DNA from: Mobula hypostoma
Taxonomy: Eukaryota
NCBI RefSeq assembly: GCF_963921235.1
Contig: NC_086108.1
Coordinates: 83,640,001-83,704,000 of the forward strand
Reading direction: 5' to 3'
Length of the DNA stretch: 64,000 nucleotides
Shown here: positions 12,791 to 25,519 of the stretch, in pieces
Position numbering within the stretch: position 1 is the first letter of the stretch
Layout of the letters: each line of letters opens with the position of its first letter
Notes under the pieces: generated by a model
The model's database searches: none
What the model was told of the DNA's origin: nothing
What the model saw: the letters and a program-made list of their open reading frames with translations, nothing else
Position numbers and translations under genes: made by a program

Positions 12791-13594
12791 AAACTTACAA
12801 AAAAATAAAAATAGCAATTTCTTCATCTTATTACCTATCACTGCTCAGTAAATGCTTTGTCCAAATAATATGACGTTTTATTAATGAATCTTAGATGAAG
12901 AAATATATCTTGACCAACAAAGCTCGACAGAGATTTAGACAAATCTCTAGATGAATTCTGACGACCTATTCATTGTGGTTACATATATTATTACAATAAT
13001 GGATTAAGTAGCCATTATTAATTTTTGGTTTTTGTGGCTAAATGTATTAATTTTCTCTCCCTTTCCCCATTCATATCCTGCTGCCAGCACGAGCCAGTCC
13101 AAAACATTTCAGCATTGTACTGTATCGATAGAAGTCAGATCTGGTACAGCAAAACTTAATGAAAGGCAATTTCCATCCCCAACATGTCTGGTTCTAAACA
13201 ATGCTGATAAGAGGAAGTGCAATTATTAACAGCAATTTTGTACATGGTGAAAAGCAGCCTTTGTCATTTATATATCTGGTTGCACACATACCGGAAGACT
13301 AGGCAATTCTCATTTAACTGATAGATTCAAGAATAGTTCTGTTGCAGTCCTCAATTGATTGTCAATGTGCTTTTTGTTGACTGTTAAATTATACTTAATT
13401 TCCCTGTTTCTTCAGCGTGGAAATAAAAGCAGTAGGTCACCAAACAGCTCTGCAGTGGGGATTCAGTTGAACAAGAGTAGAAATGATCTATAACCGGAGT
13501 GGATGAGTCTGAGGCGTAATCTGGCAGAAGAATATGAAATTGTGAGGGGGATAGCAGATAGTAGGTACAGTAGATAAGTCAAAAAAATCCTATG

Positions 13595-13671
13595 CAGGGG
13601 TTCCCAACCTGGGGTCATGGACCCCTTGCTTAATAGCATTCGTCCATGACATTAGAAATTGCAAACCCCTG
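13595..13671. mobile_element. 77-bp hAT-Charlie-like MITE
   Basis: Terminal inverted repeats CAGGGGTTCCCAA ... TTGCAAACCCCTG; no clean TSD. Confidence 0.6.
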
Positions 13672-13889
13672 CTAGAAGAATCCAATTCAGTTACATTTCT
13701 CTTCCCCTTTCCCCTGCAGCCCTACAACCCATTCTCTTTCACAATCCCAAGACTCTTTGGTTCTGATGCCATTTACTTACATTAAGGGCAATTTAAAGTC
13801 ATCAATTAGTTCATCATCGGCAAGTAGGCAAAAATAGGAGCAGCAGGAGGGAACCTGTGCAGTTGTGGGGAGTTTGTGGACATGACTCA

Positions 13890-14100
13890 ATCTGTGAGGA
13901 GTTTGTACATTCTCCCCGTGGGTTTCCCCAGGCGCTCCAGCTTCTTCCCACAGCCCAAAAGGATTGTTGGTAGTTTCATTGGTCACTGTAAATTGTCCCA
14001 CAATTAGGCTAGGGTTACATCGGGGGTTGCTGGGCGGCGTGACTCAAAGGGCCAGAAGGACCGATTGCATGGTGCATCTCAATAAATAAATTAATTAATT
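13890..14100 (+). mobile_element. V-SINE (HE1-like), 5'-truncated
   Basis: V-domain-like GGAGTTTGTACATTCTCCCCGTG...GGTTTCC...CTCCAGCTTCTTCCCACAG...CTGTAAATTGTCCC; (AAAT)n tail. Confidence 0.7.
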
Positions 14101-14664
14101 ATGGAAACCAGCCTTAAAAGATTTGCTCAAGATGGGGTGATGCTGCAATTGTCACAGATTAGAACTGCAAATCCCTGAAATAAGAAACTGACAATATGGG
14201 TGGTAACGCATGGATGGCTTGGATACAAAGGGACAAGGTTATGACACAGTGTATCTGAATGCCTCATGGAATATATCATATGCCAAGGAGAGTGATAAGG
14301 ACCAAACACTTAAGGCCATCTTCATGAATGGGGAAATAGCTTTAACCATGCACGTTCTCATTGTAGGAAGTTGTTAAGTCAGTATATCATTGGCCAGAAC
14401 ATACTCATGAATTACATCCAACATTTTCCATTAAGGAAGAGTAAGATGGTGTTGGGAAGGCCTCTCCGTGTATTGGGGAAGATAAACTATTGGGTCACTA
14501 GAAAAGATGAATGGCTCCAGTTCCCTACCATAGCAATGGGTCATGAGCCCGTAGCAGCACTGACAAGCATAGACTGCATTGAGTCACTCAGATTAAGAGA
14601 TCATACCATTGGACAGCAAGGAGATCCGGGCACCTCTCTTTCTTTGCTGGCTAGGCTTGTGAGA

Positions 14665-14796
14665 TGCACAAACACAAGAGATCCTGCAGACGCTGGATAT
14701 CCAAAGCAGTACACACAAAATGCTGGAAGAACTCAGCAGGTCAGGCAGCATCAATGGAAATGTATAAACAGTTGACATTTCAGGCTGACACTCTTG
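14665..14796 (-). mobile_element. Penelope-derived short tail
   Basis: ACACACAAAATGCTGGAAGAACTCAGCAGG plus a partial hammerhead (minus strand GAAATGTC-AACTG). Confidence 0.75.
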
Positions 14797-15236
14797 AAGA
14801 GGCTTTCAGCTATCAGAGATGGGTAAACCATAGCTGCAACAAGGTAGCTGTAACCTAGGAAAATCCCAGAAAATATATCCCACGGTTGAGAATGCAGCAA
14901 ATAGTGTGAGCTCTTGCCACAAGGACAGGGTTGTGAGCAGCACCATTGCAGCAGGAGCACATCTGGTAAGGAATGTGAAGTTTGGGATAAAATGGAACCA
15001 CACAGAGTCATGGAGTTCTATGACTTTATGACAACTTGAAGTTTTTCTGGGAGGACAGAAGATCCAAATGTTCGAATGAAACATTTGGATCGTGTATTAA
15101 GAACTTTAAAGGAAAGATATGTGACATGAAGCTGTTGTGAAGAAGAACAGCAGTGAATAGAAATATGTTTTCTTCAGAAGTGGATTTACATTGAGCGTAA
15201 TTCAGGAACAGTGTCAACCTGCAGAGACGATGTTTC

Positions 15237-15863
15237 TTTCTTTTCTTTTTAAATCTTTTTATTAATTTTTCAAAATTATAAACTCAATAACAAAGTTAGT
15301 ACAAAGAGATTGGAATAATGTTCATCAGCATATATAAAATGAATTTTAAGTCACATAGATATAAAAGACTTCCAAACTCATAATGAAATTAATCATTAAA
15401 AAAGAAATAAAAAGAAAAAATATATATAAACAAAAAAACCCCAAAAGAAGAAAAAGAAAAAAAGCCTAAAAAAAAAATCAAAACAGGGCTAGACCAACAG
15501 CTTGTATCAGACATGTTCAATAATGTTAACTCCGCTCCTCTCATCATATAATTTAAGTTTAGAAAAAAGATTCGGAAAGGTCAGATTACATCATATAAAA
15601 ATGTTGCATAAAAGGTTTCCAAGTTTCTTCAAATTTAATCAAAGGGTCAAAAATATCACTTCTAATTTTTTCTAAATTTAAACTTAACATGGTTTGAGAA
15701 AACCATTGGAATGTAGTTGGAGGATTAGTTTCCTTCCAGTTCAACAAAATAGATCTTCCCGCCATTAAAGTAACAAAAGCTATCATTCGACAGGCTGAAG
15801 AAGACAAAGATCTATGTTCTACCATTGGCAATCCAAAGATTGCCATAATAGGATGGGGTGACA
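15237..15863 (-). mobile_element. L1-clade LINE 3' end
   Basis: ORF 15586-15864 (ILLNWKETNPPT..W..LEKIR..FEETWKPF) resembles an L1 ORF2 C-terminus; poly(A) signal and A-rich tail; ATGTTTC TSD at 15230-15236 and 15864-15870. Confidence 0.8.
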
Positions 15864-16941
15864 ATGTTTCAATGAAGAGACCAGCAAATAAATAAACGTA
15901 TAGCTGATTGATATAACCAGTGAATTAGTTGAATGATTTTATGTATGTAAAGGGCTGATGGATACCACAGGGGTTTCTCTCTGTTTAGAAGAGAACCACC
16001 ATAGTGGATATACTGTAAGAGTATAAGTATCTTTAAGAATTGATTGGACTATATTATATGATTTGCATACATTATTGTACCATTATTAATTGTATTCTTT
16101 TATAAAGAATATTCTATTTATAGATTTACACCTGTTGGTTGCTAATATACAATGCAATCCAAGGGACTTAGAGACATTGATGACACGTTTATGATTCTAC
16201 ATTGATGATGAGTTCATGGTTTTGTTCTGCTGGACAGTGATCCAATGCAGACAGTGTCTTAGCATGCTCATCATCAGCTGTTTAAAGCTCTGACGAAAAA
16301 AGACCTGAATCATCCAACACATTTTAATACTTTAACTCAGTAACACTCTCTTGTCTGGAGTCCAAAGATTTGAGATGCCTGTCGTATTATAATATGATTG
16401 TAATATTAGGAATAGGCAATAGATGATTGCAGATCCAGTCATGAAGACACGACAATAGCTGTTTGGAATGAAGGGAAGATCCTTTGATTTGAATGTGCTT
16501 GGTAGACAGGAATGAAACCTGTGGCACAGTGTGAAATCAATGATCAATGAGATGTTAGACAGAATAGAGAGGAGTTTGGATAGTCTGAAGGAAAAATTTG
16601 AATACATGGATTTGATGTAATAAAACTATTAGCTATTCCAGAATATCATGCAGTATTAAGAATCTGAAAGGGATTGCACAGTCACGTGGGAATCGTTTTG
16701 TGAAATAAAGAAGCTGAGCTGACAGGAAAGGTAAATGGTCAATCTATCAATTCTTAAGCACAGTGCCTATAAAAAGTATTTACCCCTCCCCCCCCCACTT
16801 GGAAGTTTTCATGTTTTATTGTTTTACATCACTGAATCGCAGTGGATTTAATTTGGCTTTTTGACACTGATTAACAGAAAAAGACTCTTTCATGTCAAAG
16901 AGAAAGACAATCTCTACAATGTGATCTAAATTAATTACAAA

Positions 16942-18432
16942 TGAAGCCCCCAGTCTCCTTGGCTACGTAAGTCTAGGGAAGACACTCTTTGGTCCCGCCA
17001 AACCTGTGAGATTGAGACGGCCCTCCCACCCCAAACTCCAGTTTGTGTGGATGCTGTGTCATTTGCTACCCTGTTACAAATTAGTGCCACGAAATAATGG
17101 ACAGTACACTGTATATGATTAAAGGAATTATATTTATGAATCTTAACTAGAGGGTTAGTAAAGAATAACAAAAAGAAAAGGGGCCATTTTAATTATACAG
17201 TCAAATGTGCACACATTGGAGCTCACCTTGAACTTCTCTGTCACTCATGCACTGGGCCCTTGGTCAGCATGATGTGACGAGAATACACATAAAATTAAGA
17301 TGTTTGCTGGCCTGGGTTAGCATCAGTGACCTCAGCAAGTGGTCTGCCACCTGCCTTCAGGGGAAGGAGAGATAAGGAACAATGGAGCAGCGTCTGGAGA
17401 TGTGTAATGAAGGAACGGGGGAGAGAGAGCTGTCTGGAGCGGCTCCCCCCTTTGAACCTTGAACTGTTTGAAGTGATGGACAGGCGATACCCCAGCAGGG
17501 ATAAAAAGGGACCGGTTCGCTAAGGCAACACACACGACACCCGAGGTAACGAGACCCTGGAAGCGGTACGCCTCTCACGAGTCGGTGAGAAGTACCAGAC
17601 AACGCACAGGGTGGAAAGGTACGATCAGCGGGAACCCGGTGTGTGTCCGCCCTTGCCTGGGTGCTGGGTTCACTGCAGAGGATCGACCGCATCTGGAGGA
17701 GGGGTCACAGTCGGTGACCTCAGGTGACATCACCAAGGACCCGCCCAAAAGCTGCTTGTGAGCCATATCGCCGGTATGTGAGCCATATCGCCGTGTCTGA
17801 ATGATCAGTTGTTCCTGTTCCCTCTCTCTCTCCCCCCACGTTGTCCATCGCCATGGCAACGATTACTGCAAACTGAACTACTAAACTGGACCGAACTTTG
17901 AGTCACTTTGAAATTTGGTCATTTACCCCTAGACAACGATAGAGCTTGATTGATGCTGTTATCTTAATTCTGTGCACATGTGTGTTTAGCATCGCTGAAC
18001 TGTTGCATTTATTATCCTTTCGATTACTGTGTTGCTTGTTTCTTTAATAAAACTTTCTTAGTTCTAGTACTCCAGACTCCAACTGAGTGATCCATTTCTG
18101 CTGGTTTGGCAACCCAGTTACGGGGTACGTAACAATGAACACCCACACTACCTTCTGAACATTGCTCGCGACCCATCTCGAACAAACCAGTCTCCCACAG
18201 GATCGTATTCTATGACTAGTTCTACCCAGCGTCTTCTCTCTTCATTTCCCATCAAACAAAAAACTCTCGACCAACCTTATTGTCCCTCACCAAGAAAACC
18301 TCCCCCGAATTGGATGACATACATTCCACATCATCCCTCATCTTCACCAATAACCCAAACAGACTGCACTTACAGAGCTACCGGATGAAATACATACAGC
18401 ATAACTGTAAAGATGTGAACCAGGGCATTACA
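16942..18432 (-). mobile_element. Solo LTR A (split by LTR B)
   Basis: TG...CA ends; CAAA TSD at 16938-16941 and 18433-18436; the Tc1 IR resumes exactly after it. Orientation inferred. Confidence 0.8.
17273..18134 (+). mobile_element. Solo LTR B, 862 bp, CpG-rich
   Basis: TGTGACG...CGTAACA ends; ATGA TSD at 17269-17272 and 18135-18138; GATAAAA TATA-like box ~17500; AATAAA at 18046. Confidence 0.88.
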
Positions 18433-18670
18433 CAAATATATAACACAAAATAATCAATTACACAAGTTTTCACCCCCCCCCCTTTAATATGACACACAAA
18501 ATCATCACTGGTGCAGCCAATTGGGTTTAGAAGTCACATAGTTAGTTAAATGGAGTTCTGGTTTTACAGACCTGTGTGCTATCAAGATGCTTCAACTGAT
18601 TGTAGTAAAAATACACCTGTATCTGGAAGGTCCAACTCTGGTGAGTCAGTATCCTGGCAAAAACTACGCC

Positions 18671-19675
18671 AAGAAGACAAAAGAACACTCCAAGCAACTC
18701 TGCAAAAAGGTTATTGAACATCTCAAGTCAGGAGATGTATACAAGAAGATTTCCAAGTCACTGAATATCCCTTGGAGTACAGTTAAGTCAATGATCAAGA
18801 AATAGAAAGAATATAGCACAGCTGTAAATCTGCCTAGAGCAGACCGTACTCAAAAACGAAGTAACCGTGCAAGAAGAGGACTAGTGAGAGAGGCCACCAA
18901 GAGACCCATGATAACTCTGAAGGAGTTACAAGCTTCAGTGGCTCAGATGGGAGAGACTGTGCATACAACAATTATTGTCTGGGTTCTTCATCAGTCACAG
19001 CTTTATAGAAGAGTGGCAAAGAGAAAGCCACTGTTGACAAGAACTCACATGATATCTCAGCTAGAGTTTGTCAGAAGGCACATGGGAGGCTCTGAAGCCA
19101 GATGGAACAAGGTTCTATGGTCTTATGAAACCAACACTGAGCTTTTTGGCCATCAGACTAAACACTATGTAAGCCAAACACTGCACATCATCAAAAACAC
19201 TGCACATCATGCCATTCCTCCCATGATGGTGGCTGCATTGTGTTTCACTGCAACAGGCCCTGGAAGGCTTGTGAAGGCACAGGGTAAAATGAATGCAGCA
19301 AAATACAGGGAAATCCTTGAAGAAAACCTGATGCAGTCTGCAAGAGAACTGTGACTTGGGAGAAGACTTGTTTTCCAGCAAGTCAATGACCCCCAAGCAT
19401 AAAGCCAAAGCTACACAGGAATGGCATAAAAACAATAAAATTAATGTCCTGGAGTGGCCAAGACAGATTCCAGACCACAATCCAATTGGGAATTTGTGGC
19501 TGGACTTGAAAAGGACTGTTCACTCACGATCCCCATGCAGTCTGACAGAGCTTGAGCAGTTTTGTAAATAAGGGAAGGGAAAAGTTGCAGTGTCCAGATG
19601 TGCAAAGCTGGTGGAGACCAATTCACACAGACTGAAGGCTGTAATTGCTCTCAGAGGTGCATCTACTAAATACTG
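18671..19675 (+). pseudogene. Tc1 transposase pseudogene
   Basis: KTKEHSKQL..YKKISKSLNIPWSTVKS, REATKRPMITLKELQ, VLWSYET, WPRQIPDHNPIGNLW; start codon lost, stops and frameshifts. Confidence 0.92.
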
Positions 19676-20124
19676 ACTTGAAGGGGGTGAGTAATTATTC
19701 AATCAGTTATTTTGTGTTTAATGATTGTAATAAATTTAGACCAATTTGTAGAAATCTGTTTTCATTTTAACACAAAAAGAGTCATTTCTGTTGATCAGAG
19801 TCAAAAAAGCCAAATTAAATCCACTGCAATTCAATGATGTAAAACAATAAAAGATGGAAACTTCCAAGGGGTGAATACTTTTTATAGACACTGTATAGCC
19901 ACAGAGGCATTAGTCTGTTGACTACAACAGTATCTTAGCTTAAAAAAACATTCCAAGCCACCTCACAGAAATATAAAACCAAAGAATCAGATAAAAACCA
20001 AAGAGCAAATAGAGTAATTAAAAATTTAATCAAAAGTGCTGTCACTCCTAACCTTCTTGAATCTCTCTCTCTCCCCCCCTCCCCCTCCCCCTCCCCTCTC
20101 CTCCTCTCCCCTTGTTTCTGTCTC

Positions 20125-21192
20125 ATAATCATCATCATAAGGTGCCATGCACAGATTGAGCTTTGACTACGATGGCCCACACACTCCTGTTTCAGATCAA
20201 GCGGATCAATTCATTGGTATTCATTTCCAGTTCTCTGTCTGCTGTCTCCATCATCATTTGTCTTTGCCTTCCTTTTGCTTTCTTCCCTTCAATCTTTCCC
20301 ATAATTACCGTGCATTCTAACTCCTCTTTCCTAACCACATGTCCAATGGAGTTATGTAGCCTTTTCATTATCTCATACATTATTTCTCTTTTTGTGCTTG
20401 CTGTGTTCATGACATCCTCGTTAGATATTCGTTTTGTCCATGATATTCTTTGCATCCTCCTCAAAAAACGCATCTCTGCTGCTTCAATTCGTTTCCTCAT
20501 GTTACTAGATATTGTTCAACATTCTGATCCATATAACATAACTGGATAAACGTAACATTTCAGTACTCTGAGGTGGGTTGTCATGCTTAGTTTAGTATTG
20601 GTCAGTATACTCTTCAGTCTTGTAAAGGTGTCTTTTGCCATCCCTTTTCTTCTTTTGATGTCCAAGTCGCACCTGCCATCTGATGTCACCCAGCTTCCTA
20701 AGTAGCAAAAGTTCTATACTTGTTTTAAGTCTTCCCCATTTATTTTCAGCCTGCAGATAGGATTCTCCTTCTTTTTGGATATCACCATACATTCTGTCTT
20801 TTTGCAATTGATAGATAGACCCATTTTTGAACTTTCTTCAACAACTATATCAATTAAGTTTTGTAGTTCTTCCTCCGTACTTGCAATTAACACAGTGTCA
20901 TCCGCATATCTGAAATTATTGATGTTTTCACCACCAACTTTAATTCCCAAGATGTCTGTTATTTTTTGTATTATTGTTTCACTGTACACATTAAACAAAT
21001 CAGGGGAGAAAATACACCCTGGTGTAACGCCGCTCTTGATTTTCGTAAACTGACTCACTTCTCCATCTATTCTTACAGCGATAGTTTGTTCCCAGTACAG
21101 ATTTCTGAGTAGGCGGAGGTCTTTTGAATCTAGATCTAGAGTTTCCTGTAACAGTTCAAATAACTTATTGTGCTTCACTTTATCATAGGCTT
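20125..21192 (-). mobile_element. RTE (BovB-like) LINE, 5'-truncated
   Basis: INNFRYADDTVLIAS, IEAAEMRFLRRMQRISWT; (ATG)n tail. Confidence 0.88.
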
Positions 21193-21313
21193 TTATTTTA
21201 ACTGTTCTTACAAACCAATCTAACTGTGAACAACCTAAATTTTCATTAAAGATATTTAGTTTGAAAATGGAAGAGCTGAGCTCAAATTGTGCAACATTTG
21301 TCAGATTTGGATG

Positions 21314-21650
21314 ACACAATGGCATAGGCAGTAGGGCCACTGCCTCACAGTTCCAGTGATCCAGGTTTAATCCTGACGTCAGGCGCTGTGTGGAAATTAA
21401 ATATTCTATATGGATTTCCCCCAGGTGCTCTGTTCCTATCCCACCTGCTGCCACCACCACATCCCAAGGATGTGTGGATTGGCAGGTCTGTTAGTCACAG
21501 TAATTTGCTCCACCCTGTATATGACTGATAGAACTGTTGGAAATCTATAGGAAATAAATGGAATTAGTATGAATGGGTGCTTGATGGTTGGCATGATGGC
21601 AGTGGTCAATGAGTCTGCTGCCATGCTGTATGACTCTATAACTGATCGTA
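21314..21650 (+). mobile_element. V-SINE, old full-length copy
   Basis: tRNA-like head (CCAGGTTTAATCC B box), V-domain GGATTTCCCCCAGGTGCTC, CR1-like tail GCTGTATGACTCTATAACT. Confidence 0.65.
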
Positions 21651-22514
21651 TTCTCATGTTTATAGAGGAAGAATTGTCAGTTTTAATGCTCAGTTCTTTC
21701 TACATTTATGAACTATAGGTGCTTATGGTAAAAGTTTTACATAGTTTTATTTCTTTTGATGTGTGCTTGAGAATATTGATTGACACAATGTAACACAGCA
21801 GGATCTGTCTTCTTTTGATAAATGATTTCACAGATTGTTACTCCATTTTAGTAACTAGTACTGATAAAGAATAATGGCTATGTTGACAAAATCTAAATCT
21901 GTATGACTGTGAATGAATTGAACCTAGATTTATTCCTGATAAGGTTGTAGGGAGCCATCCAATAATATGATATAAACAAAGTATTTAACATAGAGTAACA
22001 GAGATGCCTATGATGCAACTGAGTCTATTGAGAATATTGCTGTGATCAGAGAGCAATTTTTCTGTCTTCTCACAGATTGATTTGCAATAAATATTGATAC
22101 AAGTCGTGGTTTTGTCATGCTTCCTGCTAATCTGACTCCAGCTCACTGCAGAGAAGTGGCATAAAGAGGAAGAGGGAGTTGTTTTGTTACATTTTAGTGC
22201 ATTCACAAGTAAAGGTCATTCTATACAAGAATCAGATTTTTTTCTAGCTGGAAGAAGATGATAAATAAGAAAGTGAAATTCAGAAAAGGAATTAAAATGT
22301 CTAGGACAAAAGAATTAGACTGCAATATCGTCATCTTGCTTTGAAATGTTCATTATAGATGATATTAGGGATGCCAACGTCATGTGTGGGCTGGTGGAAA
22401 GACTGGACTGAATCAGAATGATATTTGCAAATCAATGATTTTCTTTCATATTAACTGATAAATGGAGTGAGAGAATATGGTGCACCATTATTTTATTGGT
22501 TCCTTAAGGTTGCT

Positions 22515-24245
22515 ATGGTGGGGGTGGCAGTGGGATGAATTCCTACTATCTATTAAATGCTCCCAATGGCGTGCATCTCAAATAGCCTCTGACAAATCAT
22601 CCATCATTGTCCCTGTACCTAAGAAAACCAAGGTAGCATGCCTGAATGATTGGCACCCTGTTGCACTCACCTCAATAATAAGCAAATTCTTTGAGAGGCT
22701 GGTCAAGGACTACATCTGCAGCATAATACCACCCACACTAGACCCCCTATCAACTGAACTGGTCTACCAGTGACACCATAGCCACAGCACTACACACTGT
22801 CTACACTCTCCTGGAGAAGAGGGATACATTCGCTAAAATGCCATGCCTGGACTACAGTTCAGTGTAGCTGGATCCTAGACTTCCTATCGGATCGCTGACA
22901 GGTGGTAAGGATAGCTCCCTCACCTCTGTCCCTCCGACTCTCAACATAGGTGCCCCCCAGGGTTTTGTCCTGAGTCCCCTTCTTTTCTCCCTTTACAAGC
23001 ACGACTGTACTGCCACACACAGCTCCAGTCTGCTGATCAAATTTGCAGATGACACAACTTTGATCGGCCTTATTTCTAGCCACGACGAGACAGCCTACAG
23101 GGTCAGGTTAACACCCTGACACAGTGGTGCCAGGATAACAGCCTCTCCCTCAATGTCTAAAAAACAGAAGGGCTGATGGTGGATTACAGGAGGAACAGAG
23201 ACAGGCTCGCCCTGATCAACATTAATTGGACTGCAGTTGAGAGGGTGAATAGTTTCAAGTTCCTCAGTACACACATCACTGTAGATTTCACCTGGACTGT
23301 ACACACCAGCTGTGTGGCAAAAACAAAGAAAAACACAACAGCATCTTTTCCACCTCAGGTGACTGAAGTTGTTCAGCGTAAGCCCCTAAATCCTTAAGAC
23401 ATTCTACAGGGCCACCTTTAAGAGCATCCTAACTGGCTGTATCACCGCCTGGTACGGGAACTGCACCAACATTGATTGCTGGCCACTACAGAGAGTGGTT
23501 ACGGACAGCCCAGAGCATCTGTGGATGTGAACTTCCCTCCATTGAGGACATTTTCAGCAGCAGGTGAGTAAAATAGTCCTGGAAGATCACTCCAACCATA
23601 AACTGCTTCAGCTGCTTCCGTATGGCAAATGGTACCACAGCATTAAAGCCGGGACCAACAGTCTATGGAACAACTTCTTTCAACAAGCTATTAAACATAT
23701 AAATTCACATCTCTGAACATTGTGACAGAGTCATAATGCTAAGATTTTTACTCCTTCACATTGTGGGATAGATGTAAGATTTAAATAAATTCAAAAAAAA
23801 AATTTAAAAAACAACCAAGTTCAGCTCCTGGCCTTCACATGTGGCTTAGCTTATAAATCCGGCAAAACCATTCCTACTGACAAAATGAGGGGCAGAGGCA
23901 TGTTATTGGTGCCTTAAAATCAGTTCTTTTGAGCAAATGGGGCTCATCAGCCGTGATTAACAGCTCATCTAAGAGAAGGAAAACTCTGATCTCAAACCTT
24001 AGCCACCTTGTGGCTATACCTACTCACAGGGAAGGCTGCAGGATTAAAACCCAGAGCTGGAGTCCCTAAGGTTGTCCTACATTGAGTTCAATGCTGACTG
24101 GCAACTCCTGCGACACCACTGGTGTCAAACTGTGTCGGTCTCTGTCGTCCTTTTGGTTTCATCAGCTACATGGACAGAGGGAGCTTCCTACATGGGCAAC
24201 AGCTTGCTCTCCATATCATACTGCCTGGCTTGTGTATCACTTTAC
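22515..24245 (+). mobile_element. Non-coding element resembling an RTE 5' UTR, split by Rex1/Babar
   Basis: CATCTAAGAGAAGGAAAACTCTGATCTCAAACC (~23966) resembles a motif recalled from RTE 5' UTRs; the two halves rejoin at an ACAA duplication. Confidence 0.45.
22596..23810 (+). mobile_element. Rex1/Babar LINE, 5'-truncated
   Basis: IVPVPKK..CLNDWHPVALTS..KFFERLV, GAPQG, KFADDT, VERVNSFKFL; A-rich tail. Confidence 0.88.
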
Positions 24246-25519
24246 ATATCATGATGTAACCATCTGGAATGCAAATCCATGTTTGACCCCAACCAACGGA
24301 AACCCTCGTCATTGTATAGATAAGAGTACTGTTGATTACTTTGAAGAAGTGGTGCATTTAGATAATAGGATTTTTAAATTTTTATGATTTGACTTCAATT
24401 TCACTGTGCTTAACACCTGTGCTAGGGTTGGAGGACCTGAAGATATGGTACGGAAGAACTGTTTCAATCAAACTATCCATTAACTTTACCATTTTTTGCC
24501 CTAATCAGGATATGGAAGCTGCATGTTTTTGTTTTGTCCTCATGACACTTATCTCTAATGTTAAATTTCCCAGGCAAAATAAAATATCATTTCCTCAGTT
24601 GGATAAGAAATGGACAGTAGTTTAGATCAGGTAGTAAATACATTGGTATAAGAAAGCCAAGGGCTAAGTTAATTACCTAAGGGTTGAAACTGTTTGCCTT
24701 TGGTCTGAAAGGCTGAGGCCCATGAGTAAGATTACACAAATCAGGCAGGAACATGCGTCATGGTACACAGAATATGAAGCACTGAATTGGGCCATTTTGG
24801 TCACAGTCAGCATTATTGGTCCATTCCATTCTTCCTTAAGTCCTTATTAAAGAGTCCTTTAAATACATCAGTGTAATTTGCTCAAATACATTCCATATTC
24901 TTACCATACTTTGGGCGATTCTCCAGAATTATGAACCTTTGAGAAGCAGGGAGTCTCGAACTCATCCCCACAAGCCTGTTGCAGCTGCATCCTGTGTTTC
25001 AGCTTGAGTGGACATGAAGAAGGTTGCCAAAGGAAGGAAGTGCTATATGAGATGTAGACTTTGATTTTGCTGGTTTAAAATCAATGTTTTGTTGTTGGAA
25101 CAATAAATATAATGGGATGTTGACACCATGCTTTGAAACATCGCTCATGTATTATTAAAATGAAAGCAAAACTGTAAAATCAGGATGACAGAGGTTTAGC
25201 AACAGACTTAATAAAGTCAAATGCTTTGACATTGAGTTCAAAAGTAGGCAAGAGAGACATCAGCCATGCTGGCAAACTATCCAGAAGGCTCAATAATGGG
25301 ACAGAGAATTGCAGACACAAGAACACTTCAGAACGCTTCAGATTTAACTCTATAGTCATCATTCAAGTTCACCAAAGCAGATGAATTAAGTGACATTTCT
25401 AACTATGAGTGTCTAAAGTAAAATACATCTGTGTAAGAAATCACCTCACTCCATCCTTAAAGACATTGACTCAGCTAGAGCTGGCTGACCGATTGAGGTT
25501 TGCCAGCTTTTTTTTCTGT

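Larger units (their letters stand above)
16761..19893 (+). mobile_element. Tc1 IR/DR transposon (Passport-like), left IR split by LTRs
   Basis: ~210-bp inverted repeats starting CAGTG(C/T)CTATAAAAAGTATT with inner direct repeats; TA on the right, CA on the left. Confidence 0.93.

Noticed and set aside
14300..16700. Possible ancient LINE or coding remnant around the L1 insert
   Set aside because: Only vague Cys/His patterns; cannot be assigned without a profile search.
20061..20112. (CT)n/(CCCTCC)n tract, and the pyrimidine tract at ~49670-49810
   Set aside because: Ordinary low-complexity sequence.
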